DNA of 64,000 bases from an uncultured Pseudomonadota bacterium (GCA_963749075.1 CAVVLJ010000016.1:1216001-1280000); one strand, 5' to 3'. Shown: positions 1-10,545, counted from the first letter of the stretch. The notes: generated by a model from the sequence alone, not told the origin. Program-made: numbers and translations.

Positions 1-971
1 CAATGTCGCGGGCGCGCCTGGGCGCATCGAGCGGCCAGGCGCGCAGGAGCGGCCGGCCCTCGCCGTCGGCATAGGCGCCGCCGGCATAGAGCGTGCGCCC
101 ATCGGCGGACCACGCCACCGCCGCGAGGCTGCCGCCGCGGCCGGGCGGCGGGGAGAGCGACGTGCGAAGCGCCAGGCTCGCCCCGTCGAGCAGCCATACC
201 GCGGGCCGTGCCACGCTGCCGACCGCGAGCCACCGGCCGTTGGGCGAGAAGGCAATGCCCCAGGGCTCGGCCAACCCGGGCAGCGTCGTGCGGCGCGCCA
301 GATAAAGGCCGGGCGGCTTGGGGCTTGCCCCGGGGTTCCGCGTCTCGAGGCCGCTCGTATAGAGCCGCACGCCGTCGCTGGCGCTCACCGCGAGGTGGCC
401 GTGGCCGTCGGCGGCGATGGCGCTAATTTCGCCCGCGTAGTCCCGGTCCTCCCCGGCAAGCTTGGAGGCCGCGAGATCGAGAAGGCGCAAGCCCCCGCGC
501 TCGAAGCCGACCGCGAGAAAGGTGCCGTCCGCGAGGAATGCCGCCGCGGTCGCCGGCCCCAGCTCCGACGGCAGGTTGATGGTGCCGATCTGGCGGCGCT
601 TGGCGGCATCGACGAGGGTGATCGTGGCGCCGCCCGGCACCGGCTCTCCCGCGACTGCAAGGCGCTGCCCCGCGATGGCGAGCGCATAAAGGGCGCCGCC
701 GTCGCCCGCGGAGATCGCCGGCCGCAGCACCGCGCGGGGCGTGCCGTCGCCGTTCCACAGCCGGATCGTCTTGTCGTTCGAGATGGTGACGAGCCCGCCG
801 TCCGCCATGGGTGCTATGCGATTGATCATCGCCGAGTGCATGCCTGAACTCGATGCGCAGGAAAAGCGGCGCGGGCGCCTGCGAGGGTGCGGCGGTCACG
901 AGCAGGCCGAAGAGGGCTGGCCAAGCGGGCAGGCCGCGCGGCACGAGAGCCCTCTTGTAGTGCACCTTCAT
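1..971 (-). CDS. Secreted WD40-repeat (beta-propeller) protein, 3'-truncated by window edge; apparent +1 frameshift at 847-848
   Basis: N-terminal signal-like segment (ORF 423..971) reads LRIE; removing one base at 847/848 continues as SGMHSAMINRIA...TISNDKTIRLW...GIAFSPNGRWLAVG...AVAWSADGRTLYAGG, open to base 1; WD40-like motifs. Confidence 0.8.
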
Positions 972-976
972 CGCGC

Positions 977-2073
977 TCAGTTCAGGTTGAAAGCGACTTG
1001 GACGTCCTGATGCGCCGTCTGGACCTCGGTGCCGAAGCTATCGCGGCGCTTCAGGTTGGAGTGGGTCGCCTCGACGGTCTCGACGGTGGCCTTGCTGAGA
1101 GGCGGCGCCGCCGCAAGCTCGGCGCTCGGATCCTCCCGTTTCGCCACATGAACCGTGGCCGCGCCCGGCTTGAACGCCTGGCTCGCGATAAAGCCCGCGC
1201 GCCCGTCGGCGAGGCGCACCGGCGTCCAGGCACCCTGCGCCGGACCGGTCACCACGACCTCTTCGCCGCGCTTGAGCCCCGCCAGGCGCTTCGCCGAGGC
1301 GGCCGGGCCGTCGCGCACGATGCCGGCGCGGGCAAGCGCCACGGTCTTTTCCACGTTCGGCGGCGGCTCCTCGATCTTGGCGACCAGGCCGCGCGACTGG
1401 GGATCGGCAACGAGCAGCTGCTCGGCAGCGGCGTCCAGCTCCTCTTGCCGTTGGTTCATGTGCGCACCCACATGGTCGGCGGTCGCCAACTCGTCGGTGA
1501 AGCGCGCATGCACCTGATCGAGCTGCTGCTGCGCCAGCTCGCGGGTGAGCCGGCCGGCGGCGAAGTCGGCCTTGATTGCCGCGGCCTGCGCCATGCGGCA
1601 TTGCTTGAGCGCGAGGAAGGCGGCGGTCGCCTTGTCCATCGCCGCGCCGTAGGCCTGGGCATCGCCGCCGATCGATTGCGCGAGAGCCTGCTGATTGCCG
1701 GCTGCCTGCTGCTGCCTGGCGTTGTAATAAGCCATCACGCCGCTGGCCATCGCGCCTGCGGCGCCGGCGATCAGCGCAGTCTTCCAGTTGCCGGTCAATA
1801 CGCCAAGCAGAACGCCTGGAGGGAGATCTGGCGATCGAAGAAATCGTCGCTCTCCCTGAGTGCCGCGTGCTGGACGCCGCACGGGTCATTCGGGTCGACG
1901 GCGGGTACGGACGGGCCCGAGCTATCGGGGCGATCGCCGCTCTCGGCAAAGGCGGCGAGCGGAACGGACGCCGAGAGCAATGCGCCGAGGGCGAGCCCGA
2001 CCGCGAGCGAGGCGGCCCGACAGACCGTGCGCGGAAAACGGGGTGTGGTGCATGATCTCGGGCCGTGGGGCAT
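977..2073 (-). CDS. Secreted glycine-zipper and bacterial SH3 domain protein; apparent frameshift near 1815-1820
   Basis: Signal peptide (LAVGLALGALLSASVPLAAFA) in ORF 1795..2154; adding one G joins it to ORF 977..1882: GVLLGVLTG..IAGAAGA glycine zipper, helical region, SH3b-like VRDGP...LKRGEEVVV...WTPVRLADGRAGFI. Confidence 0.7.
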
Positions 2074-2443
2074 AGCCGACACTCCGTGAGCCGCAGGTGC
2101 CCCATGCGCAATGCCCGATCGGCCGCCGGCACGGACGCTACCGGCCGGTCGCAAGATCGTGGCAGCTGAAGCCAGGACGGACGCGCGATGGCGGCAACCG
2201 CCGTCGCGGAATCCGCCCCCTCCCTGTTCTCACTTCAAGCCGTTATTGCAAAACTGGGCTGCCTTTCCCGCTCGTATCTTTATCGAGAATCGGGAGAAAT
2301 TCAACTCGAAATTACCCGCCGGCCAGGCCGCGCCCGACACCCCGCTGGCGCGCTCCCATGTCCTTCCCGGTCCCGGCTTTCGGGGAAATACCTATGGCAG
2401 ATTGTAGCCTGGCCGGATACGATCAACTCAAAGTGGAGCACTC

Positions 2444-2918
2444 ATGCAAGGAGGAAGACAAGCGCCAGCTTTCACGATGGCGGCTACCGCTGCGTTTCGC
2501 CGTCGTCATGGCTGCGTCAATGGCATCGTTCGCCGCGGGCGCCCAGAACGCCTCCGGACCGTCACCGATCGCGGCGGTCGAGGTGTTCCTGATCCGCCAG
2601 GATTTTTCCGATTGCACCAACGCCAACGTCAACGCCAACAATCCGTCGAGCATCGGCGGCACCGCCTGGATGGTTCGCCAATCCGACGGCAATACTAGCG
2701 TGAAAGTTGCGATAACAGCCTCGCCGAACACCGTTTACCGCCTCTATCTCAAGTGCGTGCGGCAAATCGGCGACATCACGACCCAGGACGAGGGAGAAGG
2801 CAACGGCGTATTCGAGTTTCCGACAAACTTGACCGGATCGGTCTACGCCTTCGACATGTATCCGGACGGCGCGCCGTCGGGAAACAAATTCCAGAGCGTG
2901 CAGGTCAAATTTCCGTAG
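2444..2918 (+). CDS. Hypothetical secreted beta-rich protein (start uncertain; possible +1 frameshift at 2495-2497)
   Basis: GGAG SD before ATG 2444; removing one T gives a clean signal peptide (MQGGRQAPAFTMAATAAFAVVMAASMASFAAGA) in frame with the mature domain; alternative in-frame ATG at 2394. Confidence 0.55.
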
Positions 2919-3001
2919 TCGATCGCGCGGCGGCCCCTCTATCCTCTCCTTGTGCCGGACCGTTCGCCCGGCTGTAGGGACGCGCCACTGGAGGGGATCG
3001 C

Positions 3002-4276
3002 ATGACCGCGCCGGAGCGCATCGCGCACTGGCTGGAGCTGCCTTGGCTCAACCGCGGCCGCCTCGTCTTCTATTCGGCGGCGATCTGCCTTCTCTTTCTC
3101 GCCTTCACGGCGCTGTGGACGGCGCTGGCGCTCGCGCACGGGCTGGTCGATCCCGTGGGCATTCCGTTCGGCCACGTCTTCATCGAGTTCTGGGCCGCCG
3201 GCAAGGCGGCACTCGGCCGCGATCCCGCGGCGGTCTACGACTTCCCGGCGTTCCTCGCCCTGCAGAGGACGGCGGTCGGCGGCGTGCGCGCGCTCTACCC
3301 CTGGCACTACCCCCCTCTCCTGCTGCTCTTCCTGCCGCCCTTTGCGCTGCTGCCCTACCTCGCGGCCGTGCCGCTGTGGTACGGCTGCAATCTCGCCGCC
3401 TATCTGGCGCTCGCCCGGCGCTTAGCACCCGCGCCGCAGCTGCTGTGGACAGCGCTCGCCTTTCCCGGCGCCCTCATCGCGTTCCATGTCGGCCAGTTCG
3501 GCTTCGCCCTGGTTGCGGCATTCGGCTGGGCTCTCCTGCTGCTCGACGAGGTCCCGCTCCTCGCCGGGCTCCTCATCGCGCTGCTCGCGGTCAAGCCCCA
3601 CCTCTTCCTCCTCGTGCCGCTCGCCCTCCTTGCGGCGCGGCGCTGGACCGCCTTCGCGGCGGCAGCACTCGGCGTCCTGGCGCTCTCTCTCGCGAGCTGG
3701 CTGATTTTCGGCAGCGAGGTATGGCTGGCGTTCCTCGCCGACATCCGATTGTTCGAGAAGTCGCACGTCCTGCTCTCGGGCGCGCATGCGCCGCCTGCCG
3801 AGGGCGAGAATTTCCTCCTGTGGAACTGGCAGCCTTCGGTCTTCGTCATGGCCGAGACGCTCGGCCTCCCGCAGGCACTCGCGGCAGCCCTGCAGGCCGC
3901 CACGGCCATTGCTGCCGCGGCCGCGGTGATCTGGGCCTGGCGCGGTCACGCCCCGCGGACGCTGCGCTCGGCAGCACTCGTCGCCGCGGGCCTGCTCGTG
4001 CCGCCCTATCTCTACAACTACGACCTCGTGCTCCTCATTCTCCCGATCGCCTGGCTGGGATGGCACGGGGCGAGGCATGGCTGGCTGCCGGGCGAGAAGC
4101 TCGCCCTGCTCGTCGCTTGGCTCTCGCCCGGCCTCGTGACGCCGCTTGCCGGGCTCTTGGGCGTGCAGCTCGGGCCGCTTCTCCTGGCCGGCGTCCTCTG
4201 GGCCATCTGCCGGCGCATCGCCTATGAGCGGCGCGTCGCAAGCCCGCTCCTCATAGCCGGCTGGCAATGGCGATGA
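3002..4276 (+). CDS. GT87/DUF2029-like GT-C membrane glycosyltransferase
   Basis: Polytopic; FIEFWAAG, WHYPP, GQ, KPH, PYLYNYDL motifs typical of DUF2029/GT87; SD GGAGG. Confidence 0.85.
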   Translation: MTAPERIAHWLELPWLNRGRLVFYSAAICLLFLAFTALWTALALAHGLVDPVGIPFGHVFIEFWAAGKAALGRDPAAVYDFPAFLALQRTAVGGVRALYPWHYPPLLLLFLPPFALLPYLAAVPLWYGCNLAAYLALARRLAPAPQLLWTALAFPGALIAFHVGQFGFALVAAFGWALLLLDEVPLLAGLLIALLAVKPHLFLLVPLALLAARRWTAFAAAALGVLALSLASWLIFGSEVWLAFLADIRLFEKSHVLLSGAHAPPAEGENFLLWNWQPSVFVMAETLGLPQALAAALQAATAIAAAAAVIWAWRGHAPRTLRSAALVAAGLLVPPYLYNYDLVLLILPIAWLGWHGARHGWLPGEKLALLVAWLSPGLVTPLAGLLGVQLGPLLLAGVLWAICRRIAYERRVASPLLIAGWQWR

Positions 4277-4947
4277 GCCGGCTCGGGGCGCGCATCACCG
4301 TCGCGATGATCGCCATGAACGAGGCCGAGGCCGTCGCCAAGGTGATAGGCGACATCGCGCGCACCGTGCCCGAGGCCGAAATCCTCATCGTCGACAGCAG
4401 CAGCGACCGCACGCCGGAGATCGCGCGCGCCCTGGGTGCGACCGTCATCCGGCAGTTCCCGCCGGCGGGCTACGGGCCGGCCATGGACCTGGCGCTGCGC
4501 TCGGGCAGCCGCGAGGCGGTGGTGACGCTCGACTGCGACGACACCTACCCCGTCGAGCTCATCGAGACCTTCGCCGCGGGCATCCTCGAGGAGGGCTATG
4601 ACCTGGTCGACGGCTGCCGTCTTGCGCAGAAGCCCGAAGCTATGCCGTGGCTCAATTTTCTTGCCAATTGGGGCTTCGCGCTCATCGCCTCCGCCCTCTT
4701 CCTCCGCCGCATCAAGGACCTGCACAGCGGCATGCGCGCCTATCGAAGGACGCTCATCGAGGGCTTGCGCTATGATATGAAGGGTGCCGCACTGCCGGTC
4801 GAGCTTCTGTTGAGGCCGCTCAGGGAGGGCCGCAGGATCAAGGTTCTCGATATCCCCTACCGGCCGCGCATCGGCGAGAGCACCATGCGGCCGCTCGAGA
4901 GCGCCTGGTGGACGCTTAAGCGCATCTGGCGCAGCCGGTTCGCCTGA
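4273..4947 (+). CDS. GT2 glycosyltransferase (polyprenol-phosphate sugar synthase-like)
   Basis: AMNEAEAV, ILIVDSSSDRT, GYG, DCD (DxD), DLHSGMRAYRR, YRPRIGES; ATGA overlap with upstream gene. Confidence 0.85.
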   Translation: MSRLGARITVAMIAMNEAEAVAKVIGDIARTVPEAEILIVDSSSDRTPEIARALGATVIRQFPPAGYGPAMDLALRSGSREAVVTLDCDDTYPVELIETFAAGILEEGYDLVDGCRLAQKPEAMPWLNFLANWGFALIASALFLRRIKDLHSGMRAYRRTLIEGLRYDMKGAALPVELLLRPLREGRRIKVLDIPYRPRIGESTMRPLESAWWTLKRIWRSRFA

Positions 4948-4984
4948 AGTGCCCGGTCACGAGGAAGAGAGCGAGCGCCGCGCC

Positions 4985-5980
4985 ATGCCTCTGCCGCCCC
5001 CGCGCAAGGACGCCGGCAGCCGATACGCCATCGTCGGCGGCGCCGGCTTCATCGGCAGCCACTTCACCGATCATCTGCTCGGCGATGCCGCGACCGCGGC
5101 CGTGACGCTGTACGACAACTTCTCCTCGGGCCGGGAATGGCACTATCAGCGCCACCTGGGCGATGCGCGCTTCCGCGTGGTACGGGGCGATGCCGGGGAT
5201 CTGCCGAGCCTTGCCGCGGCACTCGCCGGGCACGACACCGTCATCCATCTCGCCTCCAACCCCGACATCGCGCGCGCGGCAAGCGAGCCGGAGATCGACT
5301 TCCGCGAGGGCACCGAGCTCACCAACAACGTGGTCGAGGCCATGCGGCGAAGCGGCGTGCACCGCATCCTCTACGCCTCCGGCAGCGGCGTCTATGGCGA
5401 GCTCGGCGAGACGGAGGCGAAGGAGGATTACGGCCCGCTCGTGCCGATCTCCACCTACGGTGCCAGCAAGCTCGCGGGCGAGGTGCTGATCGCGGCCTAT
5501 TGCTTCATGTTCGGCCTGACTGCTTGCGTCTTCCGTTTCGGCAACGTGGTCGGGCCGCGGCAGACGCACGGCGTGGGCCTCGATTTCGCGCGCCGCCTCC
5601 TCGCCGACCCGAGCCGCCTCGCCATCCTCGGCGACGGCACGCAGAGCAAGTCCTACATCCACGTCTCCGACGTGGTGGCCGCGGTGCTGCACGCCAATTG
5701 CTACTGCCCCAAGCCTTTCGAGGTGTACAACGTGGCGACGGGAGACTATATCACCGTGCGCGAGATCGCCGAGCTCGCGGTCGAGTGCTTGGGCCTCTCC
5801 CCGCACCCGCGCTTCGAGTACACGGGAGGCGACCGCGGCTGGAAGGGCGACGTGCCGGTCGTGCGCCTCAATACCGAGCGCATCAAGGCGCTCGGCTGGC
5901 GCTGCCGCCGCGGCTCCGCCGCCGCTTTGCGCGAATTGCTTGACGCGCTCATCGCCGACTTGCGCGCCGGCCGGCTCTGA
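4985..5980 (+). CDS. NAD-dependent sugar epimerase/dehydratase (GalE-like extended SDR)
   Basis: GGAGFIG Rossmann motif, YGASK (YxxxK), FRFGNVVGP, GWKGDV. Confidence 0.9.
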   Translation: MPLPPPRKDAGSRYAIVGGAGFIGSHFTDHLLGDAATAAVTLYDNFSSGREWHYQRHLGDARFRVVRGDAGDLPSLAAALAGHDTVIHLASNPDIARAASEPEIDFREGTELTNNVVEAMRRSGVHRILYASGSGVYGELGETEAKEDYGPLVPISTYGASKLAGEVLIAAYCFMFGLTACVFRFGNVVGPRQTHGVGLDFARRLLADPSRLAILGDGTQSKSYIHVSDVVAAVLHANCYCPKPFEVYNVATGDYITVREIAELAVECLGLSPHPRFEYTGGDRGWKGDVPVVRLNTERIKALGWRCRRGSAAALRELLDALIADLRAGRL

Positions 5981-6069
5981 GGATCGGGGGCGCGCGAGGG
6001 CCGCTGCACAAATATTGCTCACGCAGTTGTGAGACGAGCGGATCGCCGACGGGAGGTATCCTCAGCCTC

Positions 6070-6867
6070 ATGATGAAGATCACGCGCCGCTCCTTTGGAC
6101 TTCTTGCAACCTCCTCCGTCGTAGGGGTCTTCGGCGGCGCTGCCGCGGCGCGCGCCGACGACGTAGCGGCGCTCGACGTCGTCGTCAGCTCGGAGCCCGC
6201 GCTGCAACCGATGATGGAGGACCTCGGTCGTCTCTGGCGCAGCCAGGGCGGCGCCCGGGTGCACGTCTTCGCGGCGCGGAGCGATCTTCTTCTCGAGGAG
6301 ATCTGGCGGGGTGCGCGCTCAGATCTCGTCGTCATCGAAGGCCGCAGCCTGGCCGACGCCGCGGTTGGCCGCGCGCTCATCAAGCCCGAGACGCGCCGCG
6401 ACGCCTGGCGCAACCGCCTCGTGATCGCGGCCTACGACAATGCCCAGCTAACGATCCGCCTAGCACCCGAGAGCGATCTTGTGCGCCTCCTCGGTGCGGG
6501 GCGGCTTGCGCTCGCCGACGCGGCGCTGTCGCCTGCCGGCACGGCGACGCGCGCGGCGCTCGAGACGCTCGGTCTGTGGCGGGCGCTGGACGGCCGCACC
6601 ATCGGCGTCGAGAGCACGGAGACGGTGGCATTGCTGCTCACGACCGGCAAGGCCGCCCTCGGCGCCCTCCATGCCAGCGACGTGGCGGCCACGCCCAGCC
6701 TGAGCACGGCGGCTACCTTTCCCGACGACACCTATCCGGAGATCGTCTATTCGCTCGCCATAACGCAAAGCACGCCAAGCGACGCCGCGCAGCGCTTTCT
6801 CGAATTTCTCCGCGGCCGCGACGCCCAAACGCGGGTCAAGGCGGGAGGGCTGGAGCTCTTGGCATGA
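6070..6867 (+). CDS. Divergent ModA-like periplasmic oxyanion-binding protein, Tat signal
   Basis: TRRSF twin-arginine signal; NRLVI, SPAG, SD, FPDDTYPEIVY, AQRFLEFL resemble ModA; no modBC nearby. Confidence 0.7.
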   Translation: MMKITRRSFGLLATSSVVGVFGGAAAARADDVAALDVVVSSEPALQPMMEDLGRLWRSQGGARVHVFAARSDLLLEEIWRGARSDLVVIEGRSLADAAVGRALIKPETRRDAWRNRLVIAAYDNAQLTIRLAPESDLVRLLGAGRLALADAALSPAGTATRAALETLGLWRALDGRTIGVESTETVALLLTTGKAALGALHASDVAATPSLSTAATFPDDTYPEIVYSLAITQSTPSDAAQRFLEFLRGRDAQTRVKAGGLELLA

Positions 6868-7574
6868 CGATGCAAACGATCGCCGGCGCGCCGCCGCGGG
6901 ACAGGCAGACCCATTCAGCCCTGGTGCGCCTCACCCATTGGCTCAACGCGGTCGCCATCCTGATCATGATCGGCAGCGGCTGGCGCATCTACAATTGGCA
7001 GCCCATCCTGCCGTTCCATTTCCCGGTCGCCTTCACCCTCGGCGGCGAGGAGGCCATCTCCGAGGCCGTGCACAACGAGGACGGACTGGCGGGCGCCTTG
7101 CAGTGGCATTTCGCCGGCATGTGGCTTCTCGTCCTCAACTTCATCGTCTACCTCGTCTACGGCTTTGCCACCGGCCATTTCCGCCGCGATTTCCTGCCGC
7201 TCGGGCCGCGCGCCGTCCTCGGCGACTTTTGGGCCGCGCTGCGCTTCAGCCTCGAGCACCGGCTCGGGCGCTACAACGCGGTGCAGAAGGCGGCCTATGT
7301 GGGCGTGCTCGCGGCCGTGCTCCTCACCATCCTCTCCGGCCTCTCGATCTGGAAGCCGACCCAGCTCAAGGCGCTGACCTGGCTCTTCGGCGGCTTCGAC
7401 AATGCGCGCATCGTGCATTTTGCCGGCATGTCGGCGATCGTGCTCTTCATCCTCGTGCATGTGGCGCTGGTGATCCTGGTGCCGAAGACGCTGGTCGCCA
7501 TGGTCACAGGCGAGGCCTCGAGCCCCGCGCCGGCGCCTGCCCCGCAGCCGCGCGGCCGAGGAGGACAGCGATGA
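6864..7574 (+). CDS. Cytochrome b/b6 (Ni-hydrogenase cyt b-like) membrane subunit
   Basis: RLTHWLNA, QWHF, YNAVQK, RIVHF...VHV: four His heme ligands; ATGA coupling. Confidence 0.9.
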   Translation: MTMQTIAGAPPRDRQTHSALVRLTHWLNAVAILIMIGSGWRIYNWQPILPFHFPVAFTLGGEEAISEAVHNEDGLAGALQWHFAGMWLLVLNFIVYLVYGFATGHFRRDFLPLGPRAVLGDFWAALRFSLEHRLGRYNAVQKAAYVGVLAAVLLTILSGLSIWKPTQLKALTWLFGGFDNARIVHFAGMSAIVLFILVHVALVILVPKTLVAMVTGEASSPAPAPAPQPRGRGGQR

Positions 7575-8360
7575 GCTTATCGCCCGCCAAAGCGAGTGCT
7601 GCCGTCCCGGCACGGCTGCCGCGGCTGCAACGAAGCCGCGTCGTCCAGGACGTTCGAGCGGCGCCTTTTCCTCTCCAAGAGCCTGAGCATCGGCGCCCTG
7701 ACGTTGCTCAGCGGTTGCGACCTCACCGATCAGGATGCGGTGCAATCGGTGCTGAACGCCATCAGCCGGTGGAACGACCGCGTGCAGGCGTTCCTCTTCG
7801 ACCCCGCGCGCCTCGCGCCCACCTACCCGGAGAGCGCGGTCGTGCGCGACTTCCATTACAATTCCTATTACGCCTATCTGGGCGAGGAGAAGATTCCGCA
7901 CGTCGACGGCGCCAGCTACAAGCTCGAGCTCGGCGGCCTCATCGCGAACAAGCGGCCGTGGACGCTCGCAGAGCTCTACGCGCTGCCGCAAAGCTCGCAG
8001 ATCACGCGCCACGTCTGCGTCGAGGGCTGGAGCATGATCGGCAAATGGAGCGGCCCCACGCTACGCTCGTTCCTCGAGCGCGTCGGCGCCGATCTCACGG
8101 CGAGCTACGTCGGCTTCCTCTGCGCCGACGGCTATTACGGCAGCCTCGACATGCCGAGCGCCTTGCATCCGCAGACCATCCTCGCCTTCAAGTTCGCCGA
8201 CGAGTTGCTGCCGCCGCGCTTCGGCTTTCCCATGAAGGTGCGCGTGCCGACCAAGCTCGGCTTCAAGAACCCGAAGCACATCATGGCCATCTTCGTCACC
8301 AACCGCTTCCCGGGCGGCTTCTGGGAGGACCGCGGATACAACTGGTTCGCCGGCACATGA
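7571..8360 (+). CDS. Molybdopterin-dependent oxidoreductase (sulfite oxidase/MsrP-like); apparent +1 frameshift at 7653-7654
   Basis: HVCVEGWS Mo-ligand Cys, YYGSLDM, GFPMKVRVPTKLGFKNPK, GFWEDRGY; removing one T links ATG 7571 (SD GAGGA, overlaps upstream stop) to RRLFL...LSGC. Confidence 0.85.
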
Positions 8361-9190
8361 CGGACGAGCGGGCGCCGCCTCGAGCGACGGGGAACCGCGC
8401 GCTCTGCGCCATAGCCGTCATGGCGAAAGCGCCCCGGCCGGGCAAGGCCAAGACGCGATTGGTCCCGCCCCTCAGCTGCGAGGAGGCCGCGGACTTGAGC
8501 GCCGCATTCCTCCGTGACGTGACGGAGAATGTGGCGCTGGCGTCGGCGGAGGTGGCGATCCGCTGCTACGTGGCCTATGCCCCCGCCGGCAGCGCCGACC
8601 TCTTCGACGGCATGCTGGCGCCGGAGACGCGCCTCTTGCTTGCCGACGGCTCGCCCGCGATGCCGCCGCGCGTCAACGGCTTCGGACGCAGCCTGCTGCA
8701 TGCCGCGCAAGGCCTCTTCGATCGCGGCTACGGTGCCGCCTGCCTCCTCAATTCGGACAGCCCCACGCTGCCGACGGCAGTGCTGCGCGAAGCCGCCAAG
8801 GCGTTGGCGCAGCCGGGAGACCGCATCGTGCTCGGGCCGGCCGAGGACGGCGGCTATTATCTGCTCGGCCTCAAGGCGCCCCATGCCCGGCTCTTCGAGG
8901 ATGTGCGCTGGAGCAGCGAGCATGTCGCGGCCGAGACCTGCGCGCGGGCAGCGTCGCTCGGCCTCGAGATCGTCCGCCTGGCTCCCTGGTACGACGTTGA
9001 CGATCGCGCGGCGCTCGGAAGATTGATCGGCGAGCTCTCCACCATGAGCGCGCGGCGGCGCGACGCCCGGGCGCCCTATCCCGCACCCGCGACGGCCGCC
9101 TGCATCTCCCGCTTGCGGCTGGGCGAGCGGCTGGCCGGCGCCGGCTTTGCACGCGATTTGCGCGTCCCTGCCGGCGGCGTGGCGCCGTGA
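8357..9190 (+). CDS. DUF2064 / TIGR04282-like transferase (CofC/MobA-like fold)
   Basis: MAKAPRPGKAKTRL, NSDSPTLP, VLGPAEDGGYYLLG, WYDVDD. Confidence 0.9.
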   Translation: MTDERAPPRATGNRALCAIAVMAKAPRPGKAKTRLVPPLSCEEAADLSAAFLRDVTENVALASAEVAIRCYVAYAPAGSADLFDGMLAPETRLLLADGSPAMPPRVNGFGRSLLHAAQGLFDRGYGAACLLNSDSPTLPTAVLREAAKALAQPGDRIVLGPAEDGGYYLLGLKAPHARLFEDVRWSSEHVAAETCARAASLGLEIVRLAPWYDVDDRAALGRLIGELSTMSARRRDARAPYPAPATAACISRLRLGERLAGAGFARDLRVPAGGVAP

Positions 9191-10545
9191 GGTTCGTTCC
9201 CTCGCGCGCGCAACTCCTCGTGCTGATCGCTGCCGGGCTGCTGGCACTCACGGCGCTCGGCATGACGGTCTACCTCCCGAGCGAGGCCGAGATCGGCTCC
9301 CGGACCCGCATGGAGTTCTTCGTGGCCGTGGCGCTCGCCTCGGGCGTCCTCTATCTCGCCGCCGTCGCACTGGTGCTCCGCGGTCCGCTGCCGCGTCATG
9401 CACTTCTTCTCATTCTCGCCGCCGCCGGCGCCATGCGGCTCATTCCGCTCACCACCTTGCCCTTCCTTTCGACCGACATCTATCGCTACGTGTGGGACGG
9501 CAAGGTGCAAGTGGCCGGCATCAATCCCTATCTCCGTGTCCCCGACGCCCCGGAGCTCGCGGCCCTGCGCGACGCGAAGATCTTCCCCAGGGTCAATCGC
9601 GCCAACTACGCGCTCACCGTCTATCCGCCGGCGGCACAGGCGATCTTCTTTCTCGTCACGCGGCTGAGCCCGACCGTGCCGGCCATGAAGATCGCCATGG
9701 TCGCGTTCGAGGCCGTTGCCATCGCCGCCTTGGTGGCACTCCTCGGCATGGCCGGCCTGGCGCGCGAGCGGGTGCTGATCTACGCCTGGAATCCGCTCGC
9801 CGTCTGGGAGTTCGCGGGGAGCGGCCACATCGACGCCGCGGTCATCGCATTCGTCGCATTGGCGCTTCTCGCGCGCGCGCGCGGCCGCATGCTCTTGACC
9901 GGTGCCGCGCTCGGCGCCGCCATCCTCGTCAAATTCCTCCCGGCCGTGCTGCTGCCCGCCCTGTGGCGGAAATGGGACATGCGCATGCCCGCGGCTTGCG
10001 CCGCCGTGATCGCCGGCTTCTATCTCCTCTACAGCGGTGCCGGGGCCAATGTCCTCGGCTTCCTCCCGGGCTACGGGGCGGAAGAAGGCTTCCGTCAGGG
10101 GGACGGCTTCTATCTCCTCTTTGCGCTCGCGCGCATCGGCGAGGCGCCCGCGGTCTCGCTCTATCTCGCGGCCGTGGTGCTGCTCTTGGCCGGACTTGCC
10201 GCCTGGATGGTCTTCCTCCGCGAGCCCCGAGAGGTCCGCGACGGCGACCCCGTCGCCGCCGCCCGGGACATGCTGATCCTGGCGACGGCGTTGATGCTCG
10301 CCATCACGCCGCACTACGCTTGGTATTTCGCCTGGCTGGCCCTGCCGGCGTGCCTCTACCCGTCATTGAGCGTGCTCTACCTCACGCTCGCGGGCTTCCT
10401 GCTCTACTTGGACCCCGGCCACACGATGATGCTGTGGCGCGGCTTGATCTACGGCCCCTTTCTGGCGCTCGCGCTCGCCGAGCTCCTGTGGCGCCACCGG
10501 GCGCAGATGACCCCGATGCTTCGCACCTCGAGGAGGAGCCCATGA
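9187..10545 (+). CDS. GT-C (GT87-like) membrane glycosyltransferase
   Basis: STDIYRYVWDG, GINPY, YPP, YAWNPL, GHID, PHYAWY; many TM helices; GTGA overlap. Confidence 0.85.
   Translation: MRFVPSRAQLLVLIAAGLLALTALGMTVYLPSEAEIGSRTRMEFFVAVALASGVLYLAAVALVLRGPLPRHALLLILAAAGAMRLIPLTTLPFLSTDIYRYVWDGKVQVAGINPYLRVPDAPELAALRDAKIFPRVNRANYALTVYPPAAQAIFFLVTRLSPTVPAMKIAMVAFEAVAIAALVALLGMAGLARERVLIYAWNPLAVWEFAGSGHIDAAVIAFVALALLARARGRMLLTGAALGAAILVKFLPAVLLPALWRKWDMRMPAACAAVIAGFYLLYSGAGANVLGFLPGYGAEEGFRQGDGFYLLFALARIGEAPAVSLYLAAVVLLLAGLAAWMVFLREPREVRDGDPVAAARDMLILATALMLAITPHYAWYFAWLALPACLYPSLSVLYLTLAGFLLYLDPGHTMMLWRGLIYGPFLALALAELLWRHRAQMTPMLRTSRRSP

Noticed and set aside
6938-9190. 750-aa ORF suggesting a large fusion protein
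   Set aside because: Off-frame read-through; only 7571-7653 (Mo enzyme N-terminus) and 8357-9190 (DUF2064) look coding
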